Shown here in pieces: positions 27,531 to 37,888 of a stretch of 64,000 nucleotides of DNA. The stretch lies in NCBI GenBank assembly GCA_965218785.1, contig OZ244650.1:544001-608000 (forward strand). Direction: 5' to 3'. The notes under the pieces are model-generated. The model had not been told where the DNA came from and did no database searches. It saw nothing but the letters and a program-made list of their open reading frames with translations. Positions within the stretch are counted from its first letter, which is position 1, and every line of letters starts with the position of its first letter. The DNA comes from Nitrosopumilus sp. Lineage in GTDB: Archaea > Thermoproteota > Nitrososphaeria > Nitrososphaerales > Nitrosopumilaceae. The position numbers and the translations under genes are program-made.

Positions 27531-29078
27531 ATGAGAAAAAAAATAACATCACTTCTAATGATCGCAGCCTTGGTTGCCATCGTACCGCCATTAAACGCAG
27601 CTGCTGAATCAATGCCACAGATACCTGATGCAGATCGGGATTACAATCTAGTCGGAGCAGGTGCAACGTTTCCATTCCCGTTAATTGATTTGTGGAGAGT
27701 CGAATACAACAAAATTTACGACAATGTAAATCTAAACTACCAGTCAATTGGAAGCGGCGGTGGAATTAAACAACACATTGAAAAAACCGTAAATTTTGCA
27801 GCCTCGGACAAGCCCATGAGTGAGGCTGAAAGGAACCTGGCGTCTGGAACACTGCACATTCCAGAATCCCTTGGGGGCGTAGTAATGGTATACAACATTC
27901 CTGAAGTTCCAGACAGCGGTCTTAATCTGACTGCCGATGCCATATCTGGAATCTTTCTGGGAGACATTACAAGATGGAACGATCCCGCTTTAGTTGCAGA
28001 AAACCCCGGATTGAACCTCCCTGACAGGGAGATAGTTACCGCACACAGATCCGACGGTGCTGGAACCACTTTCATATTTACCGACTATCTATCCGTAATC
28101 AGCCCAAGATGGGATGAGCAAATAGGCGCGGGAAAATCAGTTCCATGGCCCTTTGGTCTTGCCGCTGCGGGAAATGAAGGCGTTGCAGGCATTGTAAAAT
28201 CCACAGAGTACGCAATTGGCTACATTGAACTTGCATATGCGTTCCAAACAGGAATGAGTTATGCATCCGTTCAAAACTCTGAAAAATCCGCATTCATTGA
28301 ACCCTCATTAGACAGCATCTCTGCGGCATCTAGTGGAATATCTGATTCGTTACCTGCAGCCCAAGACAGCTGGGTGGGAGTATCGCTAGTCAATGCACCG
28401 GGTTCTGATTCCTACCCTATCACTAGTTTCACATACCTGCTTTTGTATGGTGATCTAAAACCAGTGACAGAAAGCAGGGAACAGGCAAAGGCTGTAATCC
28501 ATCTGGTTAACTGGATGATTACAGACGGTCAGGAATTATCATCAAGCCTGTTATATGTTCCACTTGCCGAAAAGATAACAAAACTTGGACAGGACGGACT
28601 AAAACAGGTGACTTATGATGGTGTGGTCCTTTGGGACGGCACCGGGACATCTGCAGATTCAAAAGATACACAGGAGACAGAACAGGTGAACGTGTATAAT
28701 AACGATAACGGATGTCTTATTGCTACTGCAACATATGGCTCTGAAATGGCGCCACAGGTTCAGATGTTGAGGGAAATTCGTGATAGTCAACTGCTCAATA
28801 CCGCATCTGGTATGTCCTTTATGACCGGATTCAGCGAGTTGTACTATTCATTCTCGCCATATATTGCAGACATGGAAAGATCCAATCCCGCATTCAAGGA
28901 AATGGTAAAGATTGGAATAACCCCGTTGTTGTTGTCCTTGTCAATAATGCAACATGCTGAATCTGACTTTGAAGTGCTCGGATACGGTATTGGCGTGATT
29001 CTGATGAATCTTGGAATGTATCTTGCAGCGCCTGCCATGCTGTTTTACGGAATAACAAAGAGAGTACGACATTCTTAA
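27531..29078 (+). CDS. pstS: Phosphate ABC transporter substrate-binding protein with CFI-box-CTERM domain
   Basis: GAGATFP, YQSIGSGGG, HRSDGAGTT; C-terminal GCLIATATYGSEMAPQVQMLREIRD plus TM. Confidence 0.95.
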   Translation: MRKKITSLLMIAALVAIVPPLNAAAESMPQIPDADRDYNLVGAGATFPFPLIDLWRVEYNKIYDNVNLNYQSIGSGGGIKQHIEKTVNFAASDKPMSEAERNLASGTLHIPESLGGVVMVYNIPEVPDSGLNLTADAISGIFLGDITRWNDPALVAENPGLNLPDREIVTAHRSDGAGTTFIFTDYLSVISPRWDEQIGAGKSVPWPFGLAAAGNEGVAGIVKSTEYAIGYIELAYAFQTGMSYASVQNSEKSAFIEPSLDSISAASSGISDSLPAAQDSWVGVSLVNAPGSDSYPITSFTYLLLYGDLKPVTESREQAKAVIHLVNWMITDGQELSSSLLYVPLAEKITKLGQDGLKQVTYDGVVLWDGTGTSADSKDTQETEQVNVYNNDNGCLIATATYGSEMAPQVQMLREIRDSQLLNTASGMSFMTGFSELYYSFSPYIADMERSNPAFKEMVKIGITPLLLSLSIMQHAESDFEVLGYGIGVILMNLGMYLAAPAMLFYGITKRVRHS

Positions 29079-29099
29079 TCCACCTTTTTTTATTTTTGA

Positions 29100-29138
29100 G
29101 ATCAATTCGCGATCTGATCGAATCTATATAGAACTATA
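29100..29138 (+). promoter_or_regulatory. Putative phosphate-regulon operator upstream of pstC
   Basis: GATCAATT..TCTGATC..ATCTATATAGAACTATA, sharing elements with the pstS upstream region. Confidence 0.45.
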
Positions 29139-29195
29139 CCCTCCACATAAAACACGATGGGATCCTAGATAACTCCATTTTCATGCTCAACAGAT

Positions 29196-30173
29196 ATGGG
29201 CAATATAAGATTCAAACAAAAAAAGCCAAAAAGACATTCAATCTCTGATAAAATCTTCAAAGTCTGTGCAACGGCTGCAGGTGTCTTTGTTTTAGTGATG
29301 ATAGTCTTGCTGGTCTTTCAGCTGATCTCTGAATCGTATCCTATCTGGGAAGAAGAGGGACTTGGATTCATCACTGGTACTGATTGGAATGCAGTAGAAG
29401 GACGCGAGTCCTTTGGCGTCCTGCCATACATCCTGGGAACACTAGTTACCGCATCTCTTGCCATGGTAATAGGTGTCCCGCTGAGTATTGGTATTGCAAT
29501 GTTCATCTCTGATGCTCCAGCAAAGATTGGCGGACCTCTGGGATTTCTAGTTGAACTCTTGGCCGCCGTCCCAAGCGTGATTTACGGGCTGTGGGGCCTC
29601 TTTGTTTTTAGAATTTATTTTAAGGACTGGATTGAGACGCCGCTTCACAATGTCTTTGGTGATTCAATCTGGCTGTTTTCTGGCACCCCCTTTGGCTTGG
29701 ATATTATCACTGCAAGTATTATCCTGTCTATAATGATCATTCCGACAGTCTCCGCAGTATCACGTGAAGTGATGAAGGCAGTTCCCCAGCAGCAAAAGGA
29801 GGCCGCATACATGCTTGGTGCGACAAAGTGGGAGATGTTCAAACTCGCAGTCTTTCCGTACTCTAAAACCGGCTTGATTGGCGCGTCAATTCTCGGACTG
29901 GGAAGAGCAGTCGGTGAAACCATGGCAGTAACAATGCTGATTGGAAACGCCACGGGGCTTTCTGCAATCCCATCCTCGTTATTCAAACCGAGTCAGACCA
30001 TGTCCAGCATCATTGCAAATGAATTCGTTGAAGCGTCTCCTGCATCATTGCACCTTCCCGCACTGATTGCAGTTGCCCTGGTTCTGCTGCTCATTGCAAT
30101 TGTAATCAATATCGTAGCACATGTCCTGGTTACTAGAATGCTCAAGGTAAAGGAGGGTGCTATCAACAATTGA
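29196..30173 (+). CDS. pstC: Phosphate ABC permease PstC
   Basis: ELLAAVPSVIYGLWG, EAAYMLGAT, GRAVGETMA. Confidence 0.95.
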   Translation: MGNIRFKQKKPKRHSISDKIFKVCATAAGVFVLVMIVLLVFQLISESYPIWEEEGLGFITGTDWNAVEGRESFGVLPYILGTLVTASLAMVIGVPLSIGIAMFISDAPAKIGGPLGFLVELLAAVPSVIYGLWGLFVFRIYFKDWIETPLHNVFGDSIWLFSGTPFGLDIITASIILSIMIIPTVSAVSREVMKAVPQQQKEAAYMLGATKWEMFKLAVFPYSKTGLIGASILGLGRAVGETMAVTMLIGNATGLSAIPSSLFKPSQTMSSIIANEFVEASPASLHLPALIAVALVLLLIAIVINIVAHVLVTRMLKVKEGAINN

Positions 30174-31102
30174 GCATCACAAATCAACGAAGACAGGAAT
30201 ACAGGGCCATGTTCAAACAGAATGTGGAAAAACGGCTCGCCGTCGACAAAATTGTCAGAGTCATAGTATTTGCTTGTGTGGTAATTGCGATTATTCCACT
30301 GGGCAGCATTCTCATCGAGGTCTTTAAAAACGGTATAACTGCAATAAGTTATGAATTTCTAACTCAGACACCCGGCTCCATTGGTTCAGGTGAGGGTGGA
30401 ATCGGGCCTGCAATTCAGGGCACCCTGATAATAATCGGACTCTCCAGTCTGATTGGAGTCCCGATAGGTGTCATGTCCGGAATCTTTCTGGCCGAATACG
30501 GTGATAACAAACTTGCAAGATCAATTCGTTTCTTCAACGACGTGTTTATGGAATTCCCGTCAATCGTTCTTGGAATATTTGCATTCCTGGTAATCGTACT
30601 GATTCTTGGACACTTTTCAGTATGGGCAGGCGCGTTTGCATTGTCGTTGATCATGTTCCCAATCGTTGCTAGAACCACCGAGGAATCACTCAAGATGGTT
30701 CCTGTAACATATCGCGAGGCGGGAACCGCGCTGGGTCTTAAAAAATGGGTGATTACATTTAGAATCGTAATCTCTGCTGCCAAAAGCGGAATGATCACCG
30801 GAATCCTGCTCTCCGTATCTAGAATAGGCGGCGAGACTGCACCGTTAATTATGACTATTCTTGGCAGCAGCCAGTTCTTTAGCAGCATGGATGTCCCGAT
30901 GGATGCGCTTCCTCTGAGAATTTGGAGGCTCTCCCTGCTACCCTATGATAGTGCGCAGCTTCAGGGATGGGGTGCTGCACTAGTTCTGATCTTCATCATT
31001 TTGGGAATTAATCTTGCCGTGAGATACTTTTTTGCAGACAGGAGGCAAAGAAACAGGTTATTCAGAGAGTTAATTAAGAAAGGAATGAGGTCTAAAAATT
31101 GA
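30170..31102 (+). CDS. pstA: Phosphate ABC permease PstA
   Basis: [25 protein letters not shown]. Confidence 0.95.
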   Translation: MSITNQRRQEYRAMFKQNVEKRLAVDKIVRVIVFACVVIAIIPLGSILIEVFKNGITAISYEFLTQTPGSIGSGEGGIGPAIQGTLIIIGLSSLIGVPIGVMSGIFLAEYGDNKLARSIRFFNDVFMEFPSIVLGIFAFLVIVLILGHFSVWAGAFALSLIMFPIVARTTEESLKMVPVTYREAGTALGLKKWVITFRIVISAAKSGMITGILLSVSRIGGETAPLIMTILGSSQFFSSMDVPMDALPLRIWRLSLLPYDSAQLQGWGAALVLIFIILGINLAVRYFFADRRQRNRLFRELIKKGMRSKN

Positions 31103-31935
31103 CAGCGTTGAGTAGCAAACCATCTAACATAGACATGCAGATGATATCTGATCCTCCCCCCTCCACAAACGGCTCTGAAAAATATAAAATGATTGCAGAG
31201 AATGTAACCATAAGTTATGATGGTATCGCAGCCGTCAAAAACGTAACAATGAAGTTCAAAGAAAAATCAGTCACCGCCCTGATTGGCCCTTCGGGCTGTG
31301 GAAAAACCACGTTCCTCCGATGTCTTAACAGAATGCATGACATGACAAAGAATGCAAAAGTTGAAGGTAAAGTCATGATTGATGACATTGATCTTTATGA
31401 TAAATCAGTCGATCCCATTTATCACAGACGAAAAGTCGGCATGGTATTCCAAAAACCAAACCCGTTTCCGACAATGTCTATTTATGATAATGTCACTGCG
31501 GGCCTGAAACTAAACGGAGTCAGAGATAAAAAAATCCTCAATGAGATTGTCGAGGACACGTTAAAGATGGCATATCTCTGGGATGAAGTCAAACATGATT
31601 TGAAAAAATCTGCAATTGAACTATCTGGTGGCCAGCAACAGCGTCTTTGCATTGCAAGAGCGTTGGCGATTCAACCCGAAGTCCTGCTGATGGATGAGCC
31701 GGCATCTGCCCTGGATCCGATTGCGACCCAAAAAATTGAGGAGACTATAACAGAACTAAAAAAAGAATATACTATAATTATTATAACTCACAACATGCAG
31801 CAGGCAGTCAGGGTTTCAGATTATACTGGATTTATGTATCTAGGTGACTTGATTGAATTTAGGGAAACAAAAAAGCTTTTCACGGATCCTAAAAACGATT
31901 TGACTGCAAAATACGTTCAGGGGCAATTTGGATAA
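31099..31935 (+). CDS. pstB: Phosphate ABC ATPase PstB
   Basis: [42 protein letters not shown]. Confidence 0.96.
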   Translation: MTALSSKPSNIDMQMISDPPPSTNGSEKYKMIAENVTISYDGIAAVKNVTMKFKEKSVTALIGPSGCGKTTFLRCLNRMHDMTKNAKVEGKVMIDDIDLYDKSVDPIYHRRKVGMVFQKPNPFPTMSIYDNVTAGLKLNGVRDKKILNEIVEDTLKMAYLWDEVKHDLKKSAIELSGGQQQRLCIARALAIQPEVLLMDEPASALDPIATQKIEETITELKKEYTIIIITHNMQQAVRVSDYTGFMYLGDLIEFRETKKLFTDPKNDLTAKYVQGQFG

Positions 31936-31941
31936 ATAATA

Positions 31942-32601
31942 ATGACCCGTTTAATTGATCCCTCCCTGGAAAAGCTCTCATCTATCATGGCTGATATGGG
32001 AAACATGGTCATCGACTGCATCTCCCTTGCAATTGATTCCTATCTTACTGGGAAAAACACAAAAGACGAGGTTTTGCGTATTTCTGACTCGATACGTTTG
32101 AAATATTTTGAAGTTGAAGATTTGACATTTGACATGCTTTTGAAATACCAGCCTGTTGCAGATGATTTTCGATTAATCCGCTCATCGACTGAAATCTCTT
32201 ATGCATTTTCAAGATTTAGCCGATATGCATATGATATAACCATGGTACGGGATTTGTTTGGAGATGTTTCTGAATGTATCAATGACTCGCTTGTTGAATC
32301 TACAAAAAAGGTAAAACACATGATAAAAGAGGCAGTCACGTCCTTTGCCGAGCTTGATGTGAGAAAAGCAATCAAAATACGTGAGGATGAGAAAGTAATT
32401 GATAAAATCTACAAAGAACGTCTGCCAAAACTCATAGAGTCAAATAATGTCAAATGTGCCCTAGCTGAGGCATTGTTATTGAGATATCTGGAACGAATCG
32501 GAGATCATGCCGTATTCATGAGCGATGCCATCAACTATATCGTTACTGGAAAACACAGACCCAGCGAGGAAAGAATCGCTTCTCACACAAAGTATGACTA
32601 A
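31942..32601 (+). CDS. phoU: Phosphate uptake regulator PhoU
   Basis: YQPVADDFR and LERIGDHA motifs; follows pstB. Confidence 0.93.
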   Translation: MTRLIDPSLEKLSSIMADMGNMVIDCISLAIDSYLTGKNTKDEVLRISDSIRLKYFEVEDLTFDMLLKYQPVADDFRLIRSSTEISYAFSRFSRYAYDITMVRDLFGDVSECINDSLVESTKKVKHMIKEAVTSFAELDVRKAIKIREDEKVIDKIYKERLPKLIESNNVKCALAEALLLRYLERIGDHAVFMSDAINYIVTGKHRPSEERIASHTKYD

Positions 32602-32682
32602 GTGCAGTCAAATTATTTGTTAACTATCAGTGCAGCCAATGTCTTGGTTTTTATTCTGGCAAAAATCTGCTGAAATATTCAG

Positions 32683-33768
32683 ATGGATATTTTACAATTA
32701 ATTCAGGCCAATCTCCTGACCCCGATAGTTCTGTTCTTTTTATTTGGGATCATTGCCGCTCGAATAAAATCTGATTTGAAAATCCCTGAAGCAATTTCAG
32801 AATTCCTGCCAATCTATCTTCTTGCAGCAATCGGACTTCATGGAGGAGTAGAGATGAGAAATACAGGATTTGAAAAGATGCTGATTCCGATGCTAGTTGC
32901 AATCGGACTATCCCTCCTGTTTACCCTGAATCATTATCAGATTATACGCCGACTTGGAAAATTCAATCTCTTTGACTCTTATGCACTGGCCTCAACATAC
33001 GGTGCAGTAGGGGCCGTTACGTTTTCTGTCGGACTGTCTTTTCTTAAAAATCAGGGGGTCTCATCAGAGGGCTATCTTGCAGCCATTCTTGCTGTACTGG
33101 AACCCGTCGCATTTATTCTGGCAATATTTTTGACAAACATGGCAGTATCCAAGCAACTACGTGCAAAAAAACAGTCATTCTCCAAGGATGATGTCTCTGA
33201 TATCGATGCGGGACTGCAAGAAAGCAAAACAAAACTTTCCCAGGTGCTGCACGAGTCAATTACTGGCAAAGCAATAGTTATCCTGCTTGGAAGCCTAGTT
33301 ATCGGTTATATTATCGGCGATGAGGGTTTTGATTCCATCAGAATAGTCTTCGATGAGATATTTGTTGGAGCCATCGTTATTTTCATGATTGAGATGGGAA
33401 TTATCGCCGGTCAGAGACTAGATGACATCAAAAAAGTCGGCGTTTTTCTCATTGCCTTTGCCATAATCATGCCTACATTTAATGGGATAATCGGGGTCTT
33501 GGTAGCGACTGTAATGGGACTGAGTCTTGGCGGTGCGGTGATGTTTGGATTGCTCTTGGCTAGCGCGTCTTTTATTGCAGCTCCTGCCATACTGCGTCAT
33601 GCAATTCCTGAAGCCAAACCAAGTCTTTACATTACATCCGCATTGGGAATCACATTTCCCTACAACATTATCGTATTACTGCCGATCCTCTTTGCCATCT
33701 CGTCAATCGTGCACAATCCCGAAGGATCGATAGACTTATTCCATTATATATCGGAGAACTGGACATGA
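32683..33768 (+). CDS. sbtA: Na+-dependent bicarbonate transporter SbtA
   Basis: KSDLKIP, IYLLAAIGLHGG, YGAVGAVTF, ASASFIAAPA, LGITFPYNI. Confidence 0.92.
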   Translation: MDILQLIQANLLTPIVLFFLFGIIAARIKSDLKIPEAISEFLPIYLLAAIGLHGGVEMRNTGFEKMLIPMLVAIGLSLLFTLNHYQIIRRLGKFNLFDSYALASTYGAVGAVTFSVGLSFLKNQGVSSEGYLAAILAVLEPVAFILAIFLTNMAVSKQLRAKKQSFSKDDVSDIDAGLQESKTKLSQVLHESITGKAIVILLGSLVIGYIIGDEGFDSIRIVFDEIFVGAIVIFMIEMGIIAGQRLDDIKKVGVFLIAFAIIMPTFNGIIGVLVATVMGLSLGGAVMFGLLLASASFIAAPAILRHAIPEAKPSLYITSALGITFPYNIIVLLPILFAISSIVHNPEGSIDLFHYISENWT

Positions 33769-34067
33769 GACTTTACGACGTGAAACTTCTTACCATTACC
33801 TGTGAAATACTTGCCCAAAAAAATATTATTGAAATTTTAAAAAAGCATGAAATCACCGGATACACTACTTGGGAGGTGGAGGGAAACGGCGCACGTGGCC
33901 TGCGCGGGCAAGGATTAAAAAATGAGAAAAACGTCAAAGTCGAGGTAATTATGAGGGAAGAAAAATTATCCGATGTCATCGAGGAGATCTCAAGAACAAT
34001 GTTTGCTAATTTTGCCATAGTGCTTTACGTCAGCGATGTCGGCGTAGTACGCACTGAGAAATTCTAG
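33765..34067 (+). CDS. sbtB: PII-like regulator SbtB
   Basis: GYT...EG.GARG.R, NVKVEVI and VVRTEKF; ATGA overlap with sbtA. Confidence 0.9.
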   Translation: MRLYDVKLLTITCEILAQKNIIEILKKHEITGYTTWEVEGNGARGLRGQGLKNEKNVKVEVIMREEKLSDVIEEISRTMFANFAIVLYVSDVGVVRTEKF

Positions 34068-34363
34068 CAGCACATATCATCTGAGCACAAAACCGGAATT
34101 TTCTTGCTTGCCTTTGTGACATTTTGTATTAGTTCAGATAACTGGCTGTTTGAAATTGCATACATTGCCTTTTTCCCCTCATCTCTTGACTTGACAATCC
34201 CGCAGCTCTTCAATGTTTTTAGATGATGTGAAACTAGCGGCTGGTCTTTTTTCAACTTTCCGACAAAATCATTAACACATAATTCCTTGTTTTTTTGCAA
34301 CAGCTCCAAAATCTCAAATCTGGTCTCATTACAGATGCATTTTAAGAGACTGACTCCATTCAT
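34064..34363 (-). CDS. arsR: ArsR/SmtB repressor with C-terminal C-x4-CC
   Basis: TRFEILELL, ELCV, QPLVSHHLKTL; ends LCSDDMCC. Confidence 0.88.
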   Translation of the reverse strand: MNGVSLLKCICNETRFEILELLQKNKELCVNDFVGKLKKDQPLVSHHLKTLKSCGIVKSRDEGKKAMYAISNSQLSELIQNVTKASKKIPVLCSDDMCC

Positions 34364-34381
34364 ATCAATTTAAATTTATAT
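34362..34381. promoter_or_regulatory. Near-perfect palindrome in the arsR/arsC divergent promoter (likely ArsR operator)
   Basis: ATATCAATTTAAATTTATAT (20 bp, one mismatched pair). Confidence 0.5.
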
Positions 34382-34404
34382 AAACTAATATTTATATTAT
34401 TATC

Positions 34405-34809
34405 ATGACTGATATCCAAAACATGCCGTTTGCCTGCGTAGAAGATGCAGGATGCTCCCAGATGGCAGGGGCATTTTTTAAAAAATGTACTGCTGCAAAA
34501 TTCGGTGTCTGGTGCCTGAACACCTACGTCATCTGGATCAAATCCCATGTCTGTCAGTCATGCGGGAGATTGGAATTGAATTGGACAAACAACGACCAAT
34601 TCCAGTCTGACCGAATTACTGATGCCCCGTTTAAAACAGCCGGCATGGACTGCATCTGCTGGGAATATGCTCTTTGCCGCATCATGTCAAAGACGTATCT
34701 GACTGGAACATCTCTGATCAAAAAGAGAAATCAATTTACAAAGTACGAAAAATCCGTGATCAGCTCAAAACCGGTGATGAATCTCATTTCATCACCTGAG
34801 GTAAAGTAA
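34405..34809 (+). pseudogene. arsC: Frameshifted LMW-PTP-type arsenate reductase
   Basis: CVEDAGCSQMA (canonical CVENAGRSQMAE, Arg lost); VMREIGIEL at 34557 and DWNISD...VRKIRDQ at 34701 are in a different frame. Confidence 0.8.
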
Positions 34810-35489
34810 TGGCCTACTCGAATCTGCAAATTTTTGCCGTAGAGCTGGTTGGAACCTTTATTCTTGTAGTCTCTGCCACAGGTTCGATTGTTTATGATGC
34901 CGAGGTATTTGATGGAAAACTGGGAACACCGTTTGCAGCTCTTGCCCCGTTTCTTGCACTAGTTGTCGGGGTGTATTTATTTGGGAAAATCTCTTTGGCT
35001 CATTTTAATCCTGCCGTAACTGTGGGTTACTACATCACAGGACACATTACAAAGATTCAAGCCGTGTATTATTTTGCAGCGGAACTTATCGGTGCGTTAT
35101 CTGGCTCGCTTTTTGTCCTAAGCTTTGTCGGGGAAAAGGCGGACCTTGGGACAAATGCACCGAATCATGATTTTTCATTATTTCTGATATTTCCAGTAGA
35201 GGTACTAGCTTCTGCAATGCTTATGGGCGTTATTTTTTACGTCGTTTATACCAGGGGTCTGAAAGGATTCAGCGGTGTTGCAATCGGTGGAATTGTCGGA
35301 CTGGATATTTTATTTTTTGCATTTATCTCGGGGGCATCAATGAATCCTGCCCGGGCACTTGCACCTGCCCTGTTTTCTGGAGTACTAGATGATCTGTGGC
35401 TGTACTGGACTGCTCCTTTTGTGGGAACGATCATTGCAGGATTTTTGTTTCAGAAAAAATTTCAGCGGCAAAGAAAGGCAAAATTATAG
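34809..35489 (+). CDS. MIP family channel (aquaporin/possible metalloid channel)
   Basis: AHFNPAVT and SMNPARA NPA motifs; 6 TM. Confidence 0.93.
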   Translation: MAYSNLQIFAVELVGTFILVVSATGSIVYDAEVFDGKLGTPFAALAPFLALVVGVYLFGKISLAHFNPAVTVGYYITGHITKIQAVYYFAAELIGALSGSLFVLSFVGEKADLGTNAPNHDFSLFLIFPVEVLASAMLMGVIFYVVYTRGLKGFSGVAIGGIVGLDILFFAFISGASMNPARALAPALFSGVLDDLWLYWTAPFVGTIIAGFLFQKKFQRQRKAKL

Positions 35490-35675
35490 GCCGGTTCTGC
35501 CAAGCAGCATTCTTGCCAAACGGCTCATCAAATGCGATGATAAAGAATGTCTGCTGCCTGGCACCTAATCGTTGATATAACACACAAGCCGATTACTAGT
35601 CGCCATTTCCAGATTTATGCCCGAAAAAACCCTATAATCTGGTCTTTTACGAATAATAATGACCTAGTTTAGACT

Positions 35676-36956
35676 ATGATATTGACAAATTCCCGGCTGT
35701 ACTTGGATGCAAGAAAGGTGATTCCATCAGGTGTAAACAGTCCTGTTAGATACTTTGAGCCATACCCGTTCTTTACAAAAAGATCCAAAGGGGCATACAT
35801 TTGGGATGTAGAGAAGAACCGCTACATCGATTACTGCAACGGCTATGGCGCACTGCTTTTGGGACATGGCAGAAGGGAGATAATCAGTGCCGTATCAAAA
35901 CAACTCTCAAGGGGAACCCTTTACTGTACCCCGACTGAATCAGAAACAGAATTATCAAAATTAATCATTGGAAATTTTCCTTCTATTGACAAGGTACGAC
36001 TGGTAAATACCGGCGGCGAGGCTACAATGACTGCGATTAGACTGGCACGCGGCTATACAAAAAAGAGCAAGATTATAAAATTTGATGGATGCTACCATGG
36101 CGCACATGATTCCGTACTTGTAAAGGCAGGTTCTGGCGCTGCACACGGTGGGATATCCGTTTCTGATGGCGGACTCGATGAGGTTTCAAAAAACACCCTG
36201 GTTGTTCAGTACAACAACATTGAAGATTTGGAAAAAACAATAAAGAAAAACAAGGACATTGCCGGAGTTATAGTGGAACCGGTTCCTGCCAACATGGGAT
36301 TAATCCTACCTGAAAAGAACTTTCTCTCTGATTTGAGAAAAATTACTAGACAAAATAACATCCCGTTGATTTTTGATGAGGTAGTTACCGGATTTAGGGT
36401 GGCCCCCGGCGGTGCACAAGAACATTTTGGAATACGGCCTGACATTACTACCATAGCCAAGGCGCTAAGCAACGGGTTTACAATAGCCGCAGTCGGAGGA
36501 AGAAAAGAGATCATGGATCTGCTGTCTCCTGGAGGAAGGGTCTATCAGGCAAGCACCTTTGCCGGAAATCCGATATCCGTCTGTGCTGCAATTAGTTCAA
36601 TTAAGACGATTAATAAAATCAAGAATCGACTTTATCCCAAACTTGAAAGATTCAATCAGTTATTTACTGCGGCTCTGGATGACATGGCAGCAGACATGGG
36701 AATTCCGCATCAAATCAATTTCACAGCCTCAATGTTCCAGATTTTCTTTACAAACAAACCCGTCACCGATTACGCCACATCAAAAAACGCAAATGCAAAG
36801 AAATTTCAAAAAATGTTCCAGACCCTGCTGAAAAAAGGGATATTCATTGCACCATCACAATTCGAGGTTGTTTTTCTCTCTGATGCACATACTCAAACTG
36901 ATCTAAACAGAACCCTTGATGCCTATCATGCCGCATTAAAATCGGTGAAAAATTGA
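35676..36956 (+). CDS. hemL: Glutamate-1-semialdehyde 2,1-aminomutase
   Basis: GVNSPVR, FDGCYHG, FDEVVTGFR, TFAGNP. Confidence 0.96.
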   Translation: MILTNSRLYLDARKVIPSGVNSPVRYFEPYPFFTKRSKGAYIWDVEKNRYIDYCNGYGALLLGHGRREIISAVSKQLSRGTLYCTPTESETELSKLIIGNFPSIDKVRLVNTGGEATMTAIRLARGYTKKSKIIKFDGCYHGAHDSVLVKAGSGAAHGGISVSDGGLDEVSKNTLVVQYNNIEDLEKTIKKNKDIAGVIVEPVPANMGLILPEKNFLSDLRKITRQNNIPLIFDEVVTGFRVAPGGAQEHFGIRPDITTIAKALSNGFTIAAVGGRKEIMDLLSPGGRVYQASTFAGNPISVCAAISSIKTINKIKNRLYPKLERFNQLFTAALDDMAADMGIPHQINFTASMFQIFFTNKPVTDYATSKNANAKKFQKMFQTLLKKGIFIAPSQFEVVFLSDAHTQTDLNRTLDAYHAALKSVKN

Positions 36957-37888
36957 AGTGTATAGTTGGTGCCAGGGGAAGTCGGCTGTCTGTCGCACAG
37001 ACAAATCTGGTCATCTTTGAGCTAAAAAAAGCAAACCCTGATTTCGAATATGAGATTAAAACCATTACAACAAAGGGGGACACCGACAGCAGACCGTTAT
37101 TTACGATAGATCAGAAAGGAATTTTTGAAAAGGAGATTGATAGGGCAGTTGCACAAAAAGAGATTGATTTTGCCGTTCACAGCCTCAAGGATGTACCATC
37201 CCAACTAGATGACGATCTTGTTTTGGCCTGTATTCCAAAACGCGGGGCAGTCAATGATGTCTTTATTTCCTCAGACGGTGCGACGCTAGAGACGATCAAG
37301 CCAGGCGCAGTCATTGGAACAAGCTCGCTTCGTCGTGCAGTACAACTGACTCGAAAAAGATCCGATGTTACAGTAAGGCCAATACGGGGCAACATTGAAA
37401 CTAGAATTAAAAAAGCATCCGGAGAAGAGTATGATGCAGTAGTACTTGCCCAGGCAGGAATCTCCAGACTGGGAGTTGATGTAGATTTTTCCCCACTACC
37501 AGTTGATGATTTTCTGCCATCTCCAGGTCAGGGGGCAATTGCAATCGTTGCAAGAGCAGATAATACCCGGATAACTACCATGCTAAAAAAAATCGAGGAT
37601 GCTGATTCCAGGCTGGAAATTGAGGCAGAACGTGCCCTGTCTGACTCTGTTGATTCCGGATGCAGATTTCCAGTAGGCGCATATGCAAAATCAAGCGGCC
37701 ATGAGATGACTTTGTCAGTAGTGGCATTTTCTGTAGACGGGAAAAAATCCCTACATGTACGCAAGACAGGATACAAAAACGATCCCAAATCCCTTGGTAA
37801 AAGTGCTGGAGAAGAACTGTGTGAAAAAGGCATAAGTGATCTTGCATTAAATTGGAGGGAAAAAACAGAGGAGTGGAATAGTACATGA
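36953..37888 (+). CDS. hemC: Porphobilinogen deaminase
   Basis: GARGSRLS, AVHSLKDVP, GTSSLRR, IRGNIETR, SGC. Confidence 0.96.
   Translation: MKCIVGARGSRLSVAQTNLVIFELKKANPDFEYEIKTITTKGDTDSRPLFTIDQKGIFEKEIDRAVAQKEIDFAVHSLKDVPSQLDDDLVLACIPKRGAVNDVFISSDGATLETIKPGAVIGTSSLRRAVQLTRKRSDVTVRPIRGNIETRIKKASGEEYDAVVLAQAGISRLGVDVDFSPLPVDDFLPSPGQGAIAIVARADNTRITTMLKKIEDADSRLEIEAERALSDSVDSGCRFPVGAYAKSSGHEMTLSVVAFSVDGKKSLHVRKTGYKNDPKSLGKSAGEELCEKGISDLALNWREKTEEWNST

Noticed and set aside
34405-34809. Intact 134-aa protein as given by the ORF track
   Set aside because: Only the first ~28 residues resemble ArsC; downstream conserved motifs are in another frame
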